Shown: one piece after another, positions 18,329-28,413 of the stretch
Layout of the letters: each line of letters starts with the position of its first letter
How positions within the stretch are numbered: the first letter of the stretch is position 1
Source: Muricoprocola sp.
GTDB taxonomy: Bacteria; Bacillota; Clostridia; Lachnospirales; Lachnospiraceae
Assembly: GCA_051879475.1 (NCBI GenBank)
Contig: JBJEMC010000013.1
Span: 271 to 64,270 of the forward strand
Direction: 5' to 3'
Length of the DNA stretch: 64,000 nucleotides
Made by a program: the position numbers and the translations under genes
The notes under the pieces: generated by a model
Seen by the model: only the letters and a program-made list of their open reading frames with translations
Databases searched by the model: none
Told to the model about the DNA's origin: nothing

Positions 18329-19327
18329 TTAACGTTCCTCTCGGAAATAGGACAATCCCAGGGATGCCGGCGGCTGGTTTTCCCGTTTGTTACGCATGCT
18401 GGTAAGAACCAGTACAATCATGGTAACAATATATGGGATCATCTTATAGATTTCCTGAAATTCCATATGGTCCATTCCCGTTGGAATGTACAGATAAAGA
18501 ATATACAGGCCACCAAATAAGATGGATGAGAAAATGCTCACTGTCGGTCTCCAGATGGTGAAGATAACCAGTGCAATGGCGAGCCATCCACGGTCACCAA
18601 AGGCATCATTAGACCAAACACCGCAGGCATAATCCATGACATAATATAATCCGCCAAGTCCGGCGATCATACATCCAATACAGGTAGAAACATATTTATA
18701 CTTCGTAACATTGATACCGGCAGCATCTGCTGTTGCAGGATTTTCTCCTACCGCCCGCAGATGGAGGCCTACACGAGTCTTTTTCAGGACATAGGAGCAA
18801 ACCAGTGCAATGATGATGGCCGTATATGCCAGGAATCCATAGGAAAGGAAAATCTTTCCAAACCATCCCAGTTTTCCTGCAAAGGGCAGTGATTTGCTGA
18901 AATAACTGCTGGTAGCAGACAGTGCAATAGAAGGTACATCACTATCTGCCAGCTTGATCAGAGAACCACCGAAAAAGTTTCCAAATCCTACACCAAAGGT
19001 CGTCAGGGCAAGGCCTGTTACGTTCTGATTTGCCCGCAAGGTAACGGTGAGGAAACAGTAGATCAGTCCCATGATCAGAGATCCCACCAGAGAACAGAGA
19101 AGCGGAATCATAATTGCCAGGAATCCATTCATATTTGCAGGATCGGATAAGGATGTCTCATAAAAGAAAGAACCGATTACTCCACTGATAGCACCAACGT
19201 ACATAACACCTGGGATTCCCAGATTCAAGTTTCCGGATTTTTCTGTAAGGATTTCTCCCGTACTTCCAAACAGAAGCGGAATTCCCTGCACGACAGCTCT
19301 TGGGATAAATGTTACAAGATTGATCAT
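18329..19327 (-). CDS. Nucleoside ABC transporter permease (NupC-like)
   Basis: EKSGNLNLGIPG, GLHLRAVGENPATADAAGINV and GWLAIALV motifs. Confidence 0.9.
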   Translation of the reverse strand: MINLVTFIPRAVVQGIPLLFGSTGEILTEKSGNLNLGIPGVMYVGAISGVIGSFFYETSLSDPANMNGFLAIMIPLLCSLVGSLIMGLIYCFLTVTLRANQNVTGLALTTFGVGFGNFFGGSLIKLADSDVPSIALSATSSYFSKSLPFAGKLGWFGKIFLSYGFLAYTAIIIALVCSYVLKKTRVGLHLRAVGENPATADAAGINVTKYKYVSTCIGCMIAGLGGLYYVMDYACGVWSNDAFGDRGWLAIALVIFTIWRPTVSIFSSILFGGLYILYLYIPTGMDHMEFQEIYKMIPYIVTMIVLVLTSMRNKRENQPPASLGLSYFREER

Positions 19328-20433
19328 GATGCCTGTTCCTCCTTTCCGGCTTTCTTACGCATATGAATCTCATATTGGATGAAAAATTCACATCCAATGA
19401 TAAAGAACAGGATAATTCCTGTCAGGATATCTGAAAATGACTGATTTAATCCATAGGCTGTGGAAATCTCACCTGCTCCCCTGCTAAGGAAAATGATAAG
19501 GAAACTGGAAAATACCATGATAAGAGGATTAAATTTGGCCATCCAGGATACCAAAACCGCAGTAAATCCCTGTCCATTTGCAATCGTCGTTGTTACCGTA
19601 TGGTTAATGCCGCCTACCAGCAGAAGACCAACCATACCACAGATGGCTCCGGAGATGATCATGGTACGAATGATGATCTTTTCCACCTTGATACCTACGT
19701 AGCGCGCTGTCCGGTCACTTTCTCCCACAACAGAGATCTCATAACCCTGTTTGCTGTATTTTAAGTAAATATACATTCCAATCGTAACAACCACTGCCAC
19801 AATAATACTCAGAAGATACTTGGAACCAAACACCTCCGGCAGCCATCCCACATTGGAATTCTGATTGATAATACCAATTTTTCCTGATCCCTTTGGCACT
19901 TCCCATACAATGGTAAAAAATGCCACCAGCTGTGTTGCAATATAGTTCATCATCAACGTGGAAAGAGTTTCATTGGTATTCCATTTTGCTTTAAAAAATG
20001 CCGGAATGAATCCCCAGATTCCTCCTGATGCAATACTGCATACAATCATCAGAAGAATCACTACTGCATTTGGCAGCTTCTCTGCCAGACAGATCATGCA
20101 CGCTGCCGCTGCCAGGCCGCCAACCAGAACCTGTCCTTCTCCTCCGATATTCCAGAAACGCATGCGAAATGCCGGAGTCAGAGCCAGAGAAATCAGAAGC
20201 AGGATTGCAACGTTCTGCATCGTGATCCAGGTCTTTCTCGCAGTACCAAATGCCCCCATAAAAATGGTTCTATATACTTCAATGGGATTTAATCCTGTCA
20301 AAACCGTTGTCAGTATACCACAAAGCACCAACGCTGCAACAATAGAGGCGATACGGATTCCCAGGGCTTTCTGCCAGGAGATTGCACCTCGCTTCACGAT
20401 ATGAAAAGCCGGTTCTTTTTTCTTATGATTCAT
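19324..20433 (-). CDS. Nucleoside ABC transporter permease (NupB-like)
   Basis: WNIGGEGQ, NETLSTLMMNY and GYEISVVGES motifs. Confidence 0.9.
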   Translation of the reverse strand: MNHKKKEPAFHIVKRGAISWQKALGIRIASIVAALVLCGILTTVLTGLNPIEVYRTIFMGAFGTARKTWITMQNVAILLLISLALTPAFRMRFWNIGGEGQVLVGGLAAAACMICLAEKLPNAVVILLMIVCSIASGGIWGFIPAFFKAKWNTNETLSTLMMNYIATQLVAFFTIVWEVPKGSGKIGIINQNSNVGWLPEVFGSKYLLSIIVAVVVTIGMYIYLKYSKQGYEISVVGESDRTARYVGIKVEKIIIRTMIISGAICGMVGLLLVGGINHTVTTTIANGQGFTAVLVSWMAKFNPLIMVFSSFLIIFLSRGAGEISTAYGLNQSFSDILTGIILFFIIGCEFFIQYEIHMRKKAGKEEQAS

Positions 20434-21958
20434 CGCCCGTTACACCTCCTTTGTGTGTCATCATCATACCTACCGTATTCTTATCCGCTGTCCGTCCATC
20501 TACGATACCGCTGACCTCTCCTCCGCAAAGTACCAGGATCCGGTCTGACAGTTCCAGAAGAACATCCAGGTCTTCTCCAACGAAAATGACAGCAACACCT
20601 TTTTCTTTCTGTTTATTGATCAGGTCATAGATCGTATAAGAAGAGTTGATATCCAGTCCCCGGACTGCATAAGCGGTCATCAGCACCTTAGGGGCAAAAG
20701 AAATCTCACGTCCTACCAGAACCTTCTGTACATTTCCTCCGGAAAGTCTGCGCACAGGAGTGTTGATGCTTGGCGTCGCTACTTCCAGTTCATTTACCAC
20801 AGTCTCCGCCAGCACTCTTGGTGTCTTACGGTCTGTAAACCAGGAGTGTCCGTTTCTGAAAGAACGAAGCATCATGTTGTTCGTCAAATCCATATTTCCT
20901 ACCAGCCCCATACCAAGACGGTCTTCCGGAACGAAGGAAAGATGTACCCCCATTTCTGAGATTTCCTGCGGGTCTTTTCCAATCAGTTCTTCCTCCGTGC
21001 CATCCCCCCTTAAGTAAGTAATGGTCCCGGATTCTGTCTTCTGAAGTCCTGCTATAGATTCCAGAAGTTCCTTCTGTCCGCAGCCTGAGATTCCCGCAAT
21101 TCCCAGGATCTCTCCGCTTCTTGCCGTGAAAGATACATCCTTTAATTTCAGGATACCGTCTTCTCCCCGAACATTCAGATTCTTTACAATGATACGATCT
21201 CTTGGATTCACGGGTTGTGGTCTGTCAATATTTAAGGTAACCTTATGTCCCACCATCATATCTGTCATTTCTGCAGCACAGGTATCCTTTGTCATCATGT
21301 TCCCTACATAGGCACCTTTTCTTAAAACTGCCACACGATCTGACAGGCTCTCTACCTCATGCATCTTGTGTGTAATGATTACAATGGACTTACCATCATC
21401 TCTCATATTTCTAAGCACTGCAAAAAGCTTCTCTGTCTCCTGAGGTGTCAACACTGCCGTAGGCTCATCCAGAATCAGGATGTCTGCCCCTCTATAAAGG
21501 ACCTTGACGATTTCCACGGTCTGTTTCTGAGAAACAGACATATCGTAGATCTTCTGGTCAGGATCTACTTCAAAACCATATTTATCACAAATCTTCTTGA
21601 TCTTAGCGGAAGCTTCCTTGATATTCAGCTTTCCTTCCAGACCAAGGATAATATTTTCCGTAGCTGTAAGTACATCAATCAGCTTAAAGTGCTGATGAAC
21701 CATACCGATTCCCAAGGCAAAAGCATCCTTGGGTGAACGAATTACCGTTTCTTTTCCGTTAATGAAGATCTGCCCTTCATCCGGGAAATAGATTCCCGCG
21801 AGCATATTCATCAGCGTCGTCTTTCCACTTCCATTTTCCCCCAAAAGAGAAAGGATCTCTCCTTTATAAATATCCAGACAAACGTTGTCATTTGCAACAA
21901 CTGAACCGAAGCGTTTCGTAATGTTTTTCAGCGTTACAGCAGCTGTTCTGTCTCCCAA
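20423..21958 (-). CDS. Nucleoside ABC transporter ATP-binding protein with two ABC domains (NupA-like)
   Basis: GENGSGKT, LILDEPT and LSGGNVQK motifs. Confidence 0.93.
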   Translation of the reverse strand: MGDRTAAVTLKNITKRFGSVVANDNVCLDIYKGEILSLLGENGSGKTTLMNMLAGIYFPDEGQIFINGKETVIRSPKDAFALGIGMVHQHFKLIDVLTATENIILGLEGKLNIKEASAKIKKICDKYGFEVDPDQKIYDMSVSQKQTVEIVKVLYRGADILILDEPTAVLTPQETEKLFAVLRNMRDDGKSIVIITHKMHEVESLSDRVAVLRKGAYVGNMMTKDTCAAEMTDMMVGHKVTLNIDRPQPVNPRDRIIVKNLNVRGEDGILKLKDVSFTARSGEILGIAGISGCGQKELLESIAGLQKTESGTITYLRGDGTEEELIGKDPQEISEMGVHLSFVPEDRLGMGLVGNMDLTNNMMLRSFRNGHSWFTDRKTPRVLAETVVNELEVATPSINTPVRRLSGGNVQKVLVGREISFAPKVLMTAYAVRGLDINSSYTIYDLINKQKEKGVAVIFVGEDLDVLLELSDRILVLCGGEVSGIVDGRTADKNTVGMMMTHKGGVTGDES

Positions 21959-22056
21959 ATTATTCTCCTCCTTTTTGTTAAAGAGCCTCTAAAAAACCAA
22001 ACGGTGTGGCGTTTACGCCGCACCGTCGGATAAAATAATACATATAATGTTCTAAA

Positions 22057-23256
22057 TTAGAATGCCTGATCCAGCAGTTCAATGCCATCGATCTGCATAT
22101 CAAAGTATGGAGCAGAACGGAATCCTTCACCAGATTCTGCAAAGTAACCATCTACGATAACTTCTGTATCTGCTTCATAAGCAGGATCTGTATCAACATC
22201 TGCCATATAGCTGTCAAGTGTTTCTCCGCCTACAGTAAATGTAGAAGTATCGAATACATGAAGTTCACCTGCCTGCATAGCAGCTTTTGCTTCTTCTACT
22301 GCTTCTTCTGTTCCTTCTGCTGCAGCACTACCGAAGCTTGTCAGTTCTACAGAACCTGTTTCAATAGTTCCTGTATAGTCAACAGCGATTTCTTCTCCGT
22401 TTGCTACGCATCCCATAGCGTATTCAAAATATGGTGTCCAGTTGATCTTAGAAGATACAATGAAGGTATTCGGGCAAGCTGCTTCTGTGCTTCCGTTGTA
22501 GGAAATGTTTGGAACACCGGCTGTCTCACATGCTGTTGGAGCTCCCATGGAGTCTGCATGCTGAGAAATCAGAACACAGCCATCTTCGATCAGCTTATTA
22601 GCACCTTCTTTTTCTGCTGTTTCATCATACCAGGAACCTGTAAAAGTAACTTCCATGGTTGCTGTTGGGCAAACAGAACGTGCACCCAGGAAGAATGATG
22701 TATAACCAGAGATAACTTCAGCATATGTGTAAGCACCAACGTAACCCATCTTAGCTTCTTCTGCTGTGATATCGCCTGCATCGATCATTTCGTTCAGTTT
22801 CAATCCTGCTGCGATACCTGCAAGGTAACGTCCTTCATAGATGGAAGCGAATGCATTATGGAAATTGTCAAGGCCTTCTGTATGAGCCTTTGTACCTGTT
22901 GCATGGCAGAATTCTACTTCCGGGAATTCTTTTGCAGCTTCAATCATATAATCTTCATGTCCAAAGCTATCTGCAAATACAAAGTTACAACCTGCATCTG
23001 CAAGTTCACAAGCTGCTTCGTAACATTCCTGTCCTTCTGGGATACCTGTCTTAAACACGTATTCGATTCCCATATTTTCGCAGGCTTCTTTTGCTGCATT
23101 GATGAAGTTTAAGTCATACGTAGAGTTTTCATCATGCAGGAAGATAAATCCAGCCTTTACAGTGTTCTCTCCTTCTGCACAGCCTGTCATACCGGCAAGT
23201 GCCGTAAGTGAAAGTGCGGCAACAGTTCCAAGAGCAATCTTTCTCATCTTTTTCAT
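22057..23256 (-). CDS. BMP family nucleoside-binding lipoprotein
   Basis: Lipobox-like MTGC; YEGRYLAGIAAG, FTGSWYD and LISQHADS motifs. Confidence 0.9.
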   Translation of the reverse strand: MKKMRKIALGTVAALSLTALAGMTGCAEGENTVKAGFIFLHDENSTYDLNFINAAKEACENMGIEYVFKTGIPEGQECYEAACELADAGCNFVFADSFGHEDYMIEAAKEFPEVEFCHATGTKAHTEGLDNFHNAFASIYEGRYLAGIAAGLKLNEMIDAGDITAEEAKMGYVGAYTYAEVISGYTSFFLGARSVCPTATMEVTFTGSWYDETAEKEGANKLIEDGCVLISQHADSMGAPTACETAGVPNISYNGSTEAACPNTFIVSSKINWTPYFEYAMGCVANGEEIAVDYTGTIETGSVELTSFGSAAAEGTEEAVEEAKAAMQAGELHVFDTSTFTVGGETLDSYMADVDTDPAYEADTEVIVDGYFAESGEGFRSAPYFDMQIDGIELLDQAF

Positions 23257-23473
23257 TGCTTTGTTCTCCTTTTTCTTTCCTTTGTCTAAGGGAATCTCAA
23301 AATGAGATTCCCACCAAATCTTACGGCTATATTATATAAACAAAAAACGCTTTTTTCAAATATTCTCGCCAAAAAATTCATTTTCAGCAAAACCGCAAAA
23401 ATCTGCATTTTTTTCATAATCCGTCTGTTTATTTTTACTATATTCGCCAGTATATTCAAGAATAATTTTCGCT

Positions 23474-24139
23474 TTAAGCTTCCCCAAGAGCCTGTTTTAC
23501 GATTTTTACAGCAGAACTGGTTCCGATTCTTGCGCAGCCTTCCTGAAGAAAAGCTTCCATATCTTCTATACTCTTCACTCCGCCTGCTGCCTTCATTTTC
23601 ACATTCTCACCAATGTGCTCTTTGAAAAGTCTGATATCCTCCAGAGTTGCACCATTTGTTCCAAATCCGGTAGATGTCTTGATAAAATCTGCCCCGGCAT
23701 TTGTTACTGCTTTGCAAAGGGCAATCTTCTCTTCCTTTGTAAGATAGCAGGTTTCAATAATTACCTTCAGGATCTTATCTCCACAGGCTTTCTTTAATGC
23801 AGCAATTTCCTTCTCTACTGCTGCAAAATCTCCATTCTTGACATCTGAGATATTTACCACCATGTCAATTTCATTTGCTCCATCTGCCAGTGCCTGCTGT
23901 ACTTCTGCTACTTTCGCTGCAGTCACACTGTAGCCCAGAGGGAAGCCCACCACTGTACAGATGTTAATCTTATCCCCATATTTGTCATGCACTCTTTTAA
24001 TATAACAAGGTGGAATACATACAGAAGCTATATGATATTCCAGTGCTTCCTCGCAAAGCGAAAGGATATCTTCCCAGGTTGCAAAGGCCTTTAACTGGGT
24101 GTGGTCAACATATTTCAACATTTCTCTTGGATCCATCAT
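23474..24139 (-). CDS. deoC: Deoxyribose-phosphate aldolase
   Basis: DHTQLK, VVGFPLG, LKVIIET, FIKTSTGF and KAAGGV motifs. Confidence 0.97.
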   Translation of the reverse strand: MMDPREMLKYVDHTQLKAFATWEDILSLCEEALEYHIASVCIPPCYIKRVHDKYGDKINICTVVGFPLGYSVTAAKVAEVQQALADGANEIDMVVNISDVKNGDFAAVEKEIAALKKACGDKILKVIIETCYLTKEEKIALCKAVTNAGADFIKTSTGFGTNGATLEDIRLFKEHIGENVKMKAAGGVKSIEDMEAFLQEGCARIGTSSAVKIVKQALGEA

Positions 24140-24151
24140 ATTTTCCCCTTT

Positions 24152-24778
24152 TTATTCTTCTCCGAATCTGACCTTAATATAACTTTCAATCGCCTCAACG
24201 CAGCCTTCAAATCCAAGTTTGCTGCTGTTTAAGCAAAGGTCATAGTTACGGGCATCGTTCCACTCTCTTCCTGTGTAGTACCGATAAAAATCACCGCGGA
24301 ATTTATCTGTCTTTGCGATGAATTTTTCCAGGTCTCCCACCGTCTTTGCGGTACGTTCTCTTGCCTGAGCCAGACAGTAGTCCTTCGGTGCATGAATAAA
24401 CACACTTACTACATCCGCTCTGTCTGCCAGTACAAAATCTGCACATCTTCCCACAAACACACAGGACTCCTTTTCTGCCAGATCCCGGATTACCTTTGCC
24501 TGATAATTAAAAAGATTCTGCGGAGAGGTAAACTCCGGGCTGGAAGGAGGAAGAAGTTCTCCTTTATAAATCTTCTTTGAAATACCAAACAGAGTTCCAT
24601 TCACCAGTTTTTCATCCGCCTGTCCAAATAATGCTTCATTGATGCCACTGATCTCAGATGCCATTTTGATAATGTTATGATCATAACATGATATTCCATT
24701 CTTCTTAGCATACATTTCTGCGATTGTCTTTCCACCGCTTCCATACTGTCTTGCAATTGTAACAATTACCTTTCTCAT
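24152..24778 (-). CDS. Cytidylate kinase-like family protein
   Basis: TIARQYGSGG, VFVGRCADFVL and YDLCLNS motifs; start set at the ATG after GAAGGAGG. Confidence 0.85.
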   Translation of the reverse strand: MRKVIVTIARQYGSGGKTIAEMYAKKNGISCYDHNIIKMASEISGINEALFGQADEKLVNGTLFGISKKIYKGELLPPSSPEFTSPQNLFNYQAKVIRDLAEKESCVFVGRCADFVLADRADVVSVFIHAPKDYCLAQARERTAKTVGDLEKFIAKTDKFRGDFYRYYTGREWNDARNYDLCLNSSKLGFEGCVEAIESYIKVRFGEE

Positions 24779-24804
24779 AGATCTCTCCTCCTTCTCTGCA
24801 TCCA

Positions 24805-25371
24805 TTACTTTTTCTTTTTTACAGAATATCCAAATGTTCCTATCATATCTCCCAGCTTGCGGTACTCCCCATGGGAATAGGCCATAAGCCCTGTATCATT
24901 CAAATGGAACTTTCCTTTGTCATCCAGATATTTTTCATCCACATGTACCGCCAGGACCTCTGCCAGAAACATATGGTGGGATCCCAGTTCCAGTATCTGG
25001 GTCACCTTACATTCGATATTCACCGGACTTTCTGCTATCCCCGGTGCTTCAATATATGCAGAGGGTTCCTCTGTCAAATGCATTTCTTCAAATTTATCCA
25101 AATCCCTACCGGAACGTACCCCACAGAAATCCGTCGCCTTTGCCAGCTTCTCTGTCGTCAGATTCAGAACAAATTCTCCCGTCTCTTTTATGATCTGGTA
25201 GGAATATCTCTCCGGTCTGACAGAAATATATAACATGGCAGGATTCGTACATATCGTCCCGGTCCAGGCAATTGTAAGTATATTCGGTTTTTCTCCCTGT
25301 CGTTTACAGCTTACCATAGCCGCCGGCAATGGATAGACCATATTACCGGCTTTCCAAATCTGTTTTCCCAT
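24805..25371 (-). CDS. Flavin reductase family protein
   Basis: YPLPAAMVS, ISVRPERYS, ESPVNIEC and GSHHMF motifs. Confidence 0.88.
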   Translation of the reverse strand: MGKQIWKAGNMVYPLPAAMVSCKRQGEKPNILTIAWTGTICTNPAMLYISVRPERYSYQIIKETGEFVLNLTTEKLAKATDFCGVRSGRDLDKFEEMHLTEEPSAYIEAPGIAESPVNIECKVTQILELGSHHMFLAEVLAVHVDEKYLDDKGKFHLNDTGLMAYSHGEYRKLGDMIGTFGYSVKKKK

Positions 25372-25387
25372 TCTCTCTTCTCCGCTA

Positions 25388-27058
25388 TTATGACATTTCC
25401 ATATTTTGAATTGCATTTAAAATAGCCGGTATCAACTGTTTCTTTCTCGAAACCATACCTGGCACATTTAAAGTTCCATTCTCTGCTTTTCCTCCAAATG
25501 CTTCCTGAACTAACTTCTCGGCTCCATCCCCAATGTACATCAGTTCTGTGGACTCTGTCAGAATATTCGTAAGCATGAAAAACAGCATTGTCACATTCTG
25601 TTCCTGATAGGCTTTCTCCATATAAGAAGACAATTTTTCTTTTGCAACATCCAAATCAGCCTGAATCATGGAATTGATCTGAGATACTCCAAAGGAAATC
25701 TTATCCTGGTTAAACTTTTTAAAATCCTGGAAGAAGATCTGTTCTGCAGTTTTCGCCTTCATATTGCTTCCTGCTGCAAACATATCTGCCGCAAACTGTT
25801 CCAGAATGATATCTGCTTTCTGTGCCAGATCTTCCGCTGCTGCCCGGTCCACTGCCGTACAGGTAGGAGAACGGAATAACAAAGTGTCCGATATGATTGC
25901 TGCACAGAGCAGTCCTGCAATTTCCCTTGGAATCTCTACATTCTGTTCCCGGTACATCTGATAAATAATCGTAGCGGTACATCCCACGGGCTGATTCCGG
26001 AAATATACCGGCATCATGGTTTCCATAGTTCCCAGTCTGTGGTGATCAATAATCTCCACGATCTGTGCATCCTGTACATTATCCACCGCCTGAGATGTTT
26101 CATTATGATCCACCAGAATCAGACGTCTCTGCTTGATTCCCAGCAGGTTTCGTCTGGAAATCGTTCCCACATACTGTTCCTTCTTATTCAAAACCGGAAA
26201 ATCACGATGGCGTTTGCTCGCCATAATATCCTTGATATCATCCGTAAAATCATCTTCATGAAACGCTACCAGATTTTCTGATTTCATAAAAAAACTGATA
26301 GGCATACTCTGATTGATCAGATGCGCCACTGTATACGTATCATAAGGCGTCGATATAATGGTACAGTTCTTCTGTCTTGCCAGAATCTGAATGGTCTTTG
26401 TCACCACAGCATCTCCGCAGATGATCAGACAACTGGCATCCATCTCTATGGCACAAAGCTGTGTCTCATAACGATTTCCCAGAATTACCATGTCCCCCGG
26501 CTCAATATAGGATTCCATGACTTCCGGGCTGGATGCCGCCACAATGACTTTTCCTTTATCAAAATAAGCCTCTTCATCCCCTACATGCAGCGTTCCATCT
26601 AAGGTTTCAAGAATATTGCGGTATTGCGTACATGCCTTAGAAAGAACATCATTCTCAATGACAGCCATATAAGATTTTGCAATATCCCCAATGGTAATCA
26701 ACCCTTCCAGCATATTGTCTTCTTTTACAATGGGAAGTGTATTTCCATCCGCCTCATTCAAAAGAGTCCAGGCTCTTTTCAGGGAAATGTTCTTAGACAC
26801 ACCTTTCGTTCTGCGAATTTCCATATCTCTGACCCTGGTCTTTACATTTGGAACATATCCTGGTGCTTCTACATGAAAATAATCCAGGATATACTGTGTC
26901 TCTGTACTGATGCTCCCGGCACGTTTTGGCACATATTCTTCTTCAGAAGTCTGATTCTTCAGATATGCATATGCAATAGCAGAACAAATAGAATCACTGT
27001 CTGGATTTTTATGTCCAATCACATAGATCCTATTCTTCACATTTAATACCTGCTCCAT
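25388..27058 (-). CDS. ppaC: Mn-dependent inorganic pyrophosphatase, family II (CBS-DRTGG type)
   Basis: GHKNPDSDS, VDHNE, IDHH and SRKKQ motifs with a CBS/DRTGG insert. Confidence 0.93.
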   Translation of the reverse strand: MEQVLNVKNRIYVIGHKNPDSDSICSAIAYAYLKNQTSEEEYVPKRAGSISTETQYILDYFHVEAPGYVPNVKTRVRDMEIRRTKGVSKNISLKRAWTLLNEADGNTLPIVKEDNMLEGLITIGDIAKSYMAVIENDVLSKACTQYRNILETLDGTLHVGDEEAYFDKGKVIVAASSPEVMESYIEPGDMVILGNRYETQLCAIEMDASCLIICGDAVVTKTIQILARQKNCTIISTPYDTYTVAHLINQSMPISFFMKSENLVAFHEDDFTDDIKDIMASKRHRDFPVLNKKEQYVGTISRRNLLGIKQRRLILVDHNETSQAVDNVQDAQIVEIIDHHRLGTMETMMPVYFRNQPVGCTATIIYQMYREQNVEIPREIAGLLCAAIISDTLLFRSPTCTAVDRAAAEDLAQKADIILEQFAADMFAAGSNMKAKTAEQIFFQDFKKFNQDKISFGVSQINSMIQADLDVAKEKLSSYMEKAYQEQNVTMLFFMLTNILTESTELMYIGDGAEKLVQEAFGGKAENGTLNVPGMVSRKKQLIPAILNAIQNMEMS

Positions 27059-27174
27059 ATAACTCCTCCCCAGCTTTTCGGTTTTTCTGATTTTATTTTA
27101 ACGCATTTGGTAAATTTTCACAAGAATTATTGATGAGAGATTCGGATGAATACAAAAGAATATATAAAAATCCC

Positions 27175-27263
27175 TAAAAATGAGGAGTGCCCCCGGCGTC
27201 TGGTACACCGGAGGCAATTATGAAAAAATTTATCTATTTGTCTAGATATCTCTTTTGTGGTTA
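27175..27263 (-). ncRNA. Candidate csRNA-like small RNA carrying anti-SD and anti-start-codon sequence
   Basis: Extended -10 (TGTTATATT, 27277-27269), internal UUUUUUCAUAAUUGCCUCC, 3' GC-rich hairpin. Ends are approximate. Confidence 0.45.
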
Positions 27264-27283
27264 TTTATAATATAACAATCAAT

Positions 27284-27304
27284 TATGAACATTCTATGAA
27301 CATT
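27284..27304 (-). promoter_or_regulatory. Direct repeat with 11-bp period; probable OmpR/PhoB-family regulator box
   Basis: TATGAACATT at 27284-27293 and 27295-27304, about 10 bp upstream of the minus-strand -10. Confidence 0.5.
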
Positions 27305-27384
27305 TTATAATTTTATTGTGATATTAGATAATTTTTATTTTTTATTTATAATTGTTTTTGTAGCTTTTTTACCATACTAACGTG

Positions 27385-28305
27385 TTAAAGTTTTAACTTA
27401 GAAAACAAAGAACCTAAATTAGTAGATAACTCTTCACTCTGAGGCAATTCTACAGTTTCTTCCTGAATTTCCTCCGACATCACATCCTGAAGAGCCTTCA
27501 TGCTAAGACTGAGCTTTCCATCCTTTACTGCGATTACTTTTACCTTTACCTGATCTCCTACATGAAGAACTGCAGAAGGATGTTTGATTCTCTTTTCACA
27601 GATCTGGGAAATATGAACCAGACCTGTCAGTCCATTTCCAAGATCAATAAAGGCTCCGTATGGCTGAATAGATTCTACCCTGCCCTCTGTAACCAGTCCA
27701 ACCTGTACATTGGAAATCTTTGTCTTTTTCTCTTCTGCTTCTTTTTCTCTGAGGATCTCTTTTGCAGAAAGTACCAGTTTTTCATCTTCCTCATTCACAT
27801 TGATCACGCGCACCTGAATTTCTTTTCCTGCCCAGGATGCCAGATCCTCTTCCTCTACATATTCCAGATCCAGCTTAGAAGCCGGAATAAAGCCTCTCAC
27901 GCCCTCAACGTATGCTACAACTCCTGATTTTACCGCCTCAGCAATTTTTACTTTTACGTTTGTCTGGTTCTTCTGAAGTTCTTTTAATCTATCCCAGGCT
28001 TCTACCGCTGTGGCTTCTTTTCTGGACAGCATGATCTGTCCCTGTCCACCGTCTCTTCTGACCACGGTAGCAGAGATTTCATCTCCCACATGAACCTCTT
28101 CTTTGATATTAAAGGTCGGGTCATCCGTAAAATCTTCTGCCCTGATAATTCCCTCTGTATAATATTTCAGATCCAGAATCACTTCTGTATCTGTCACACC
28201 AATAACGGTTCCTGTAAGTACATCCCCTTCATGAATCTGCTTTAAAGAAACATTCAGTTCCTCCTCAAAGTCTGCCATGGTCTCTTTTACCTTTTCTTCT
28301 GACAT
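27385..28305 (-). CDS. S1 RNA-binding domain protein (ribosomal protein S1-like, three S1 domains)
   Basis: GDVLTGTVI, GVRGFIPASKL and PYGAFIDLG...GLVHISQI repeats. Confidence 0.88.
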   Translation of the reverse strand: MSEEKVKETMADFEEELNVSLKQIHEGDVLTGTVIGVTDTEVILDLKYYTEGIIRAEDFTDDPTFNIKEEVHVGDEISATVVRRDGGQGQIMLSRKEATAVEAWDRLKELQKNQTNVKVKIAEAVKSGVVAYVEGVRGFIPASKLDLEYVEEEDLASWAGKEIQVRVINVNEEDEKLVLSAKEILREKEAEEKKTKISNVQVGLVTEGRVESIQPYGAFIDLGNGLTGLVHISQICEKRIKHPSAVLHVGDQVKVKVIAVKDGKLSLSMKALQDVMSEEIQEETVELPQSEELSTNLGSLFSKLKL

Positions 28306-28380
28306 TTCCTGTTCCTCCAGTTTTCTATTTATCTTAAAAGTATAACACTCCGATAAAGTTCAGTCCAGATTTTTATTCTT

Positions 28381-28413
28381 GTTCACGTGCGTTCCAGTAA
28401 CATGAACTATAAC
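28381..28413. repeat. REP/MITE-like element
   Basis: GTTCACGTGCGTTCCAGTAACATGAACTATAAC. Confidence 0.8.
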
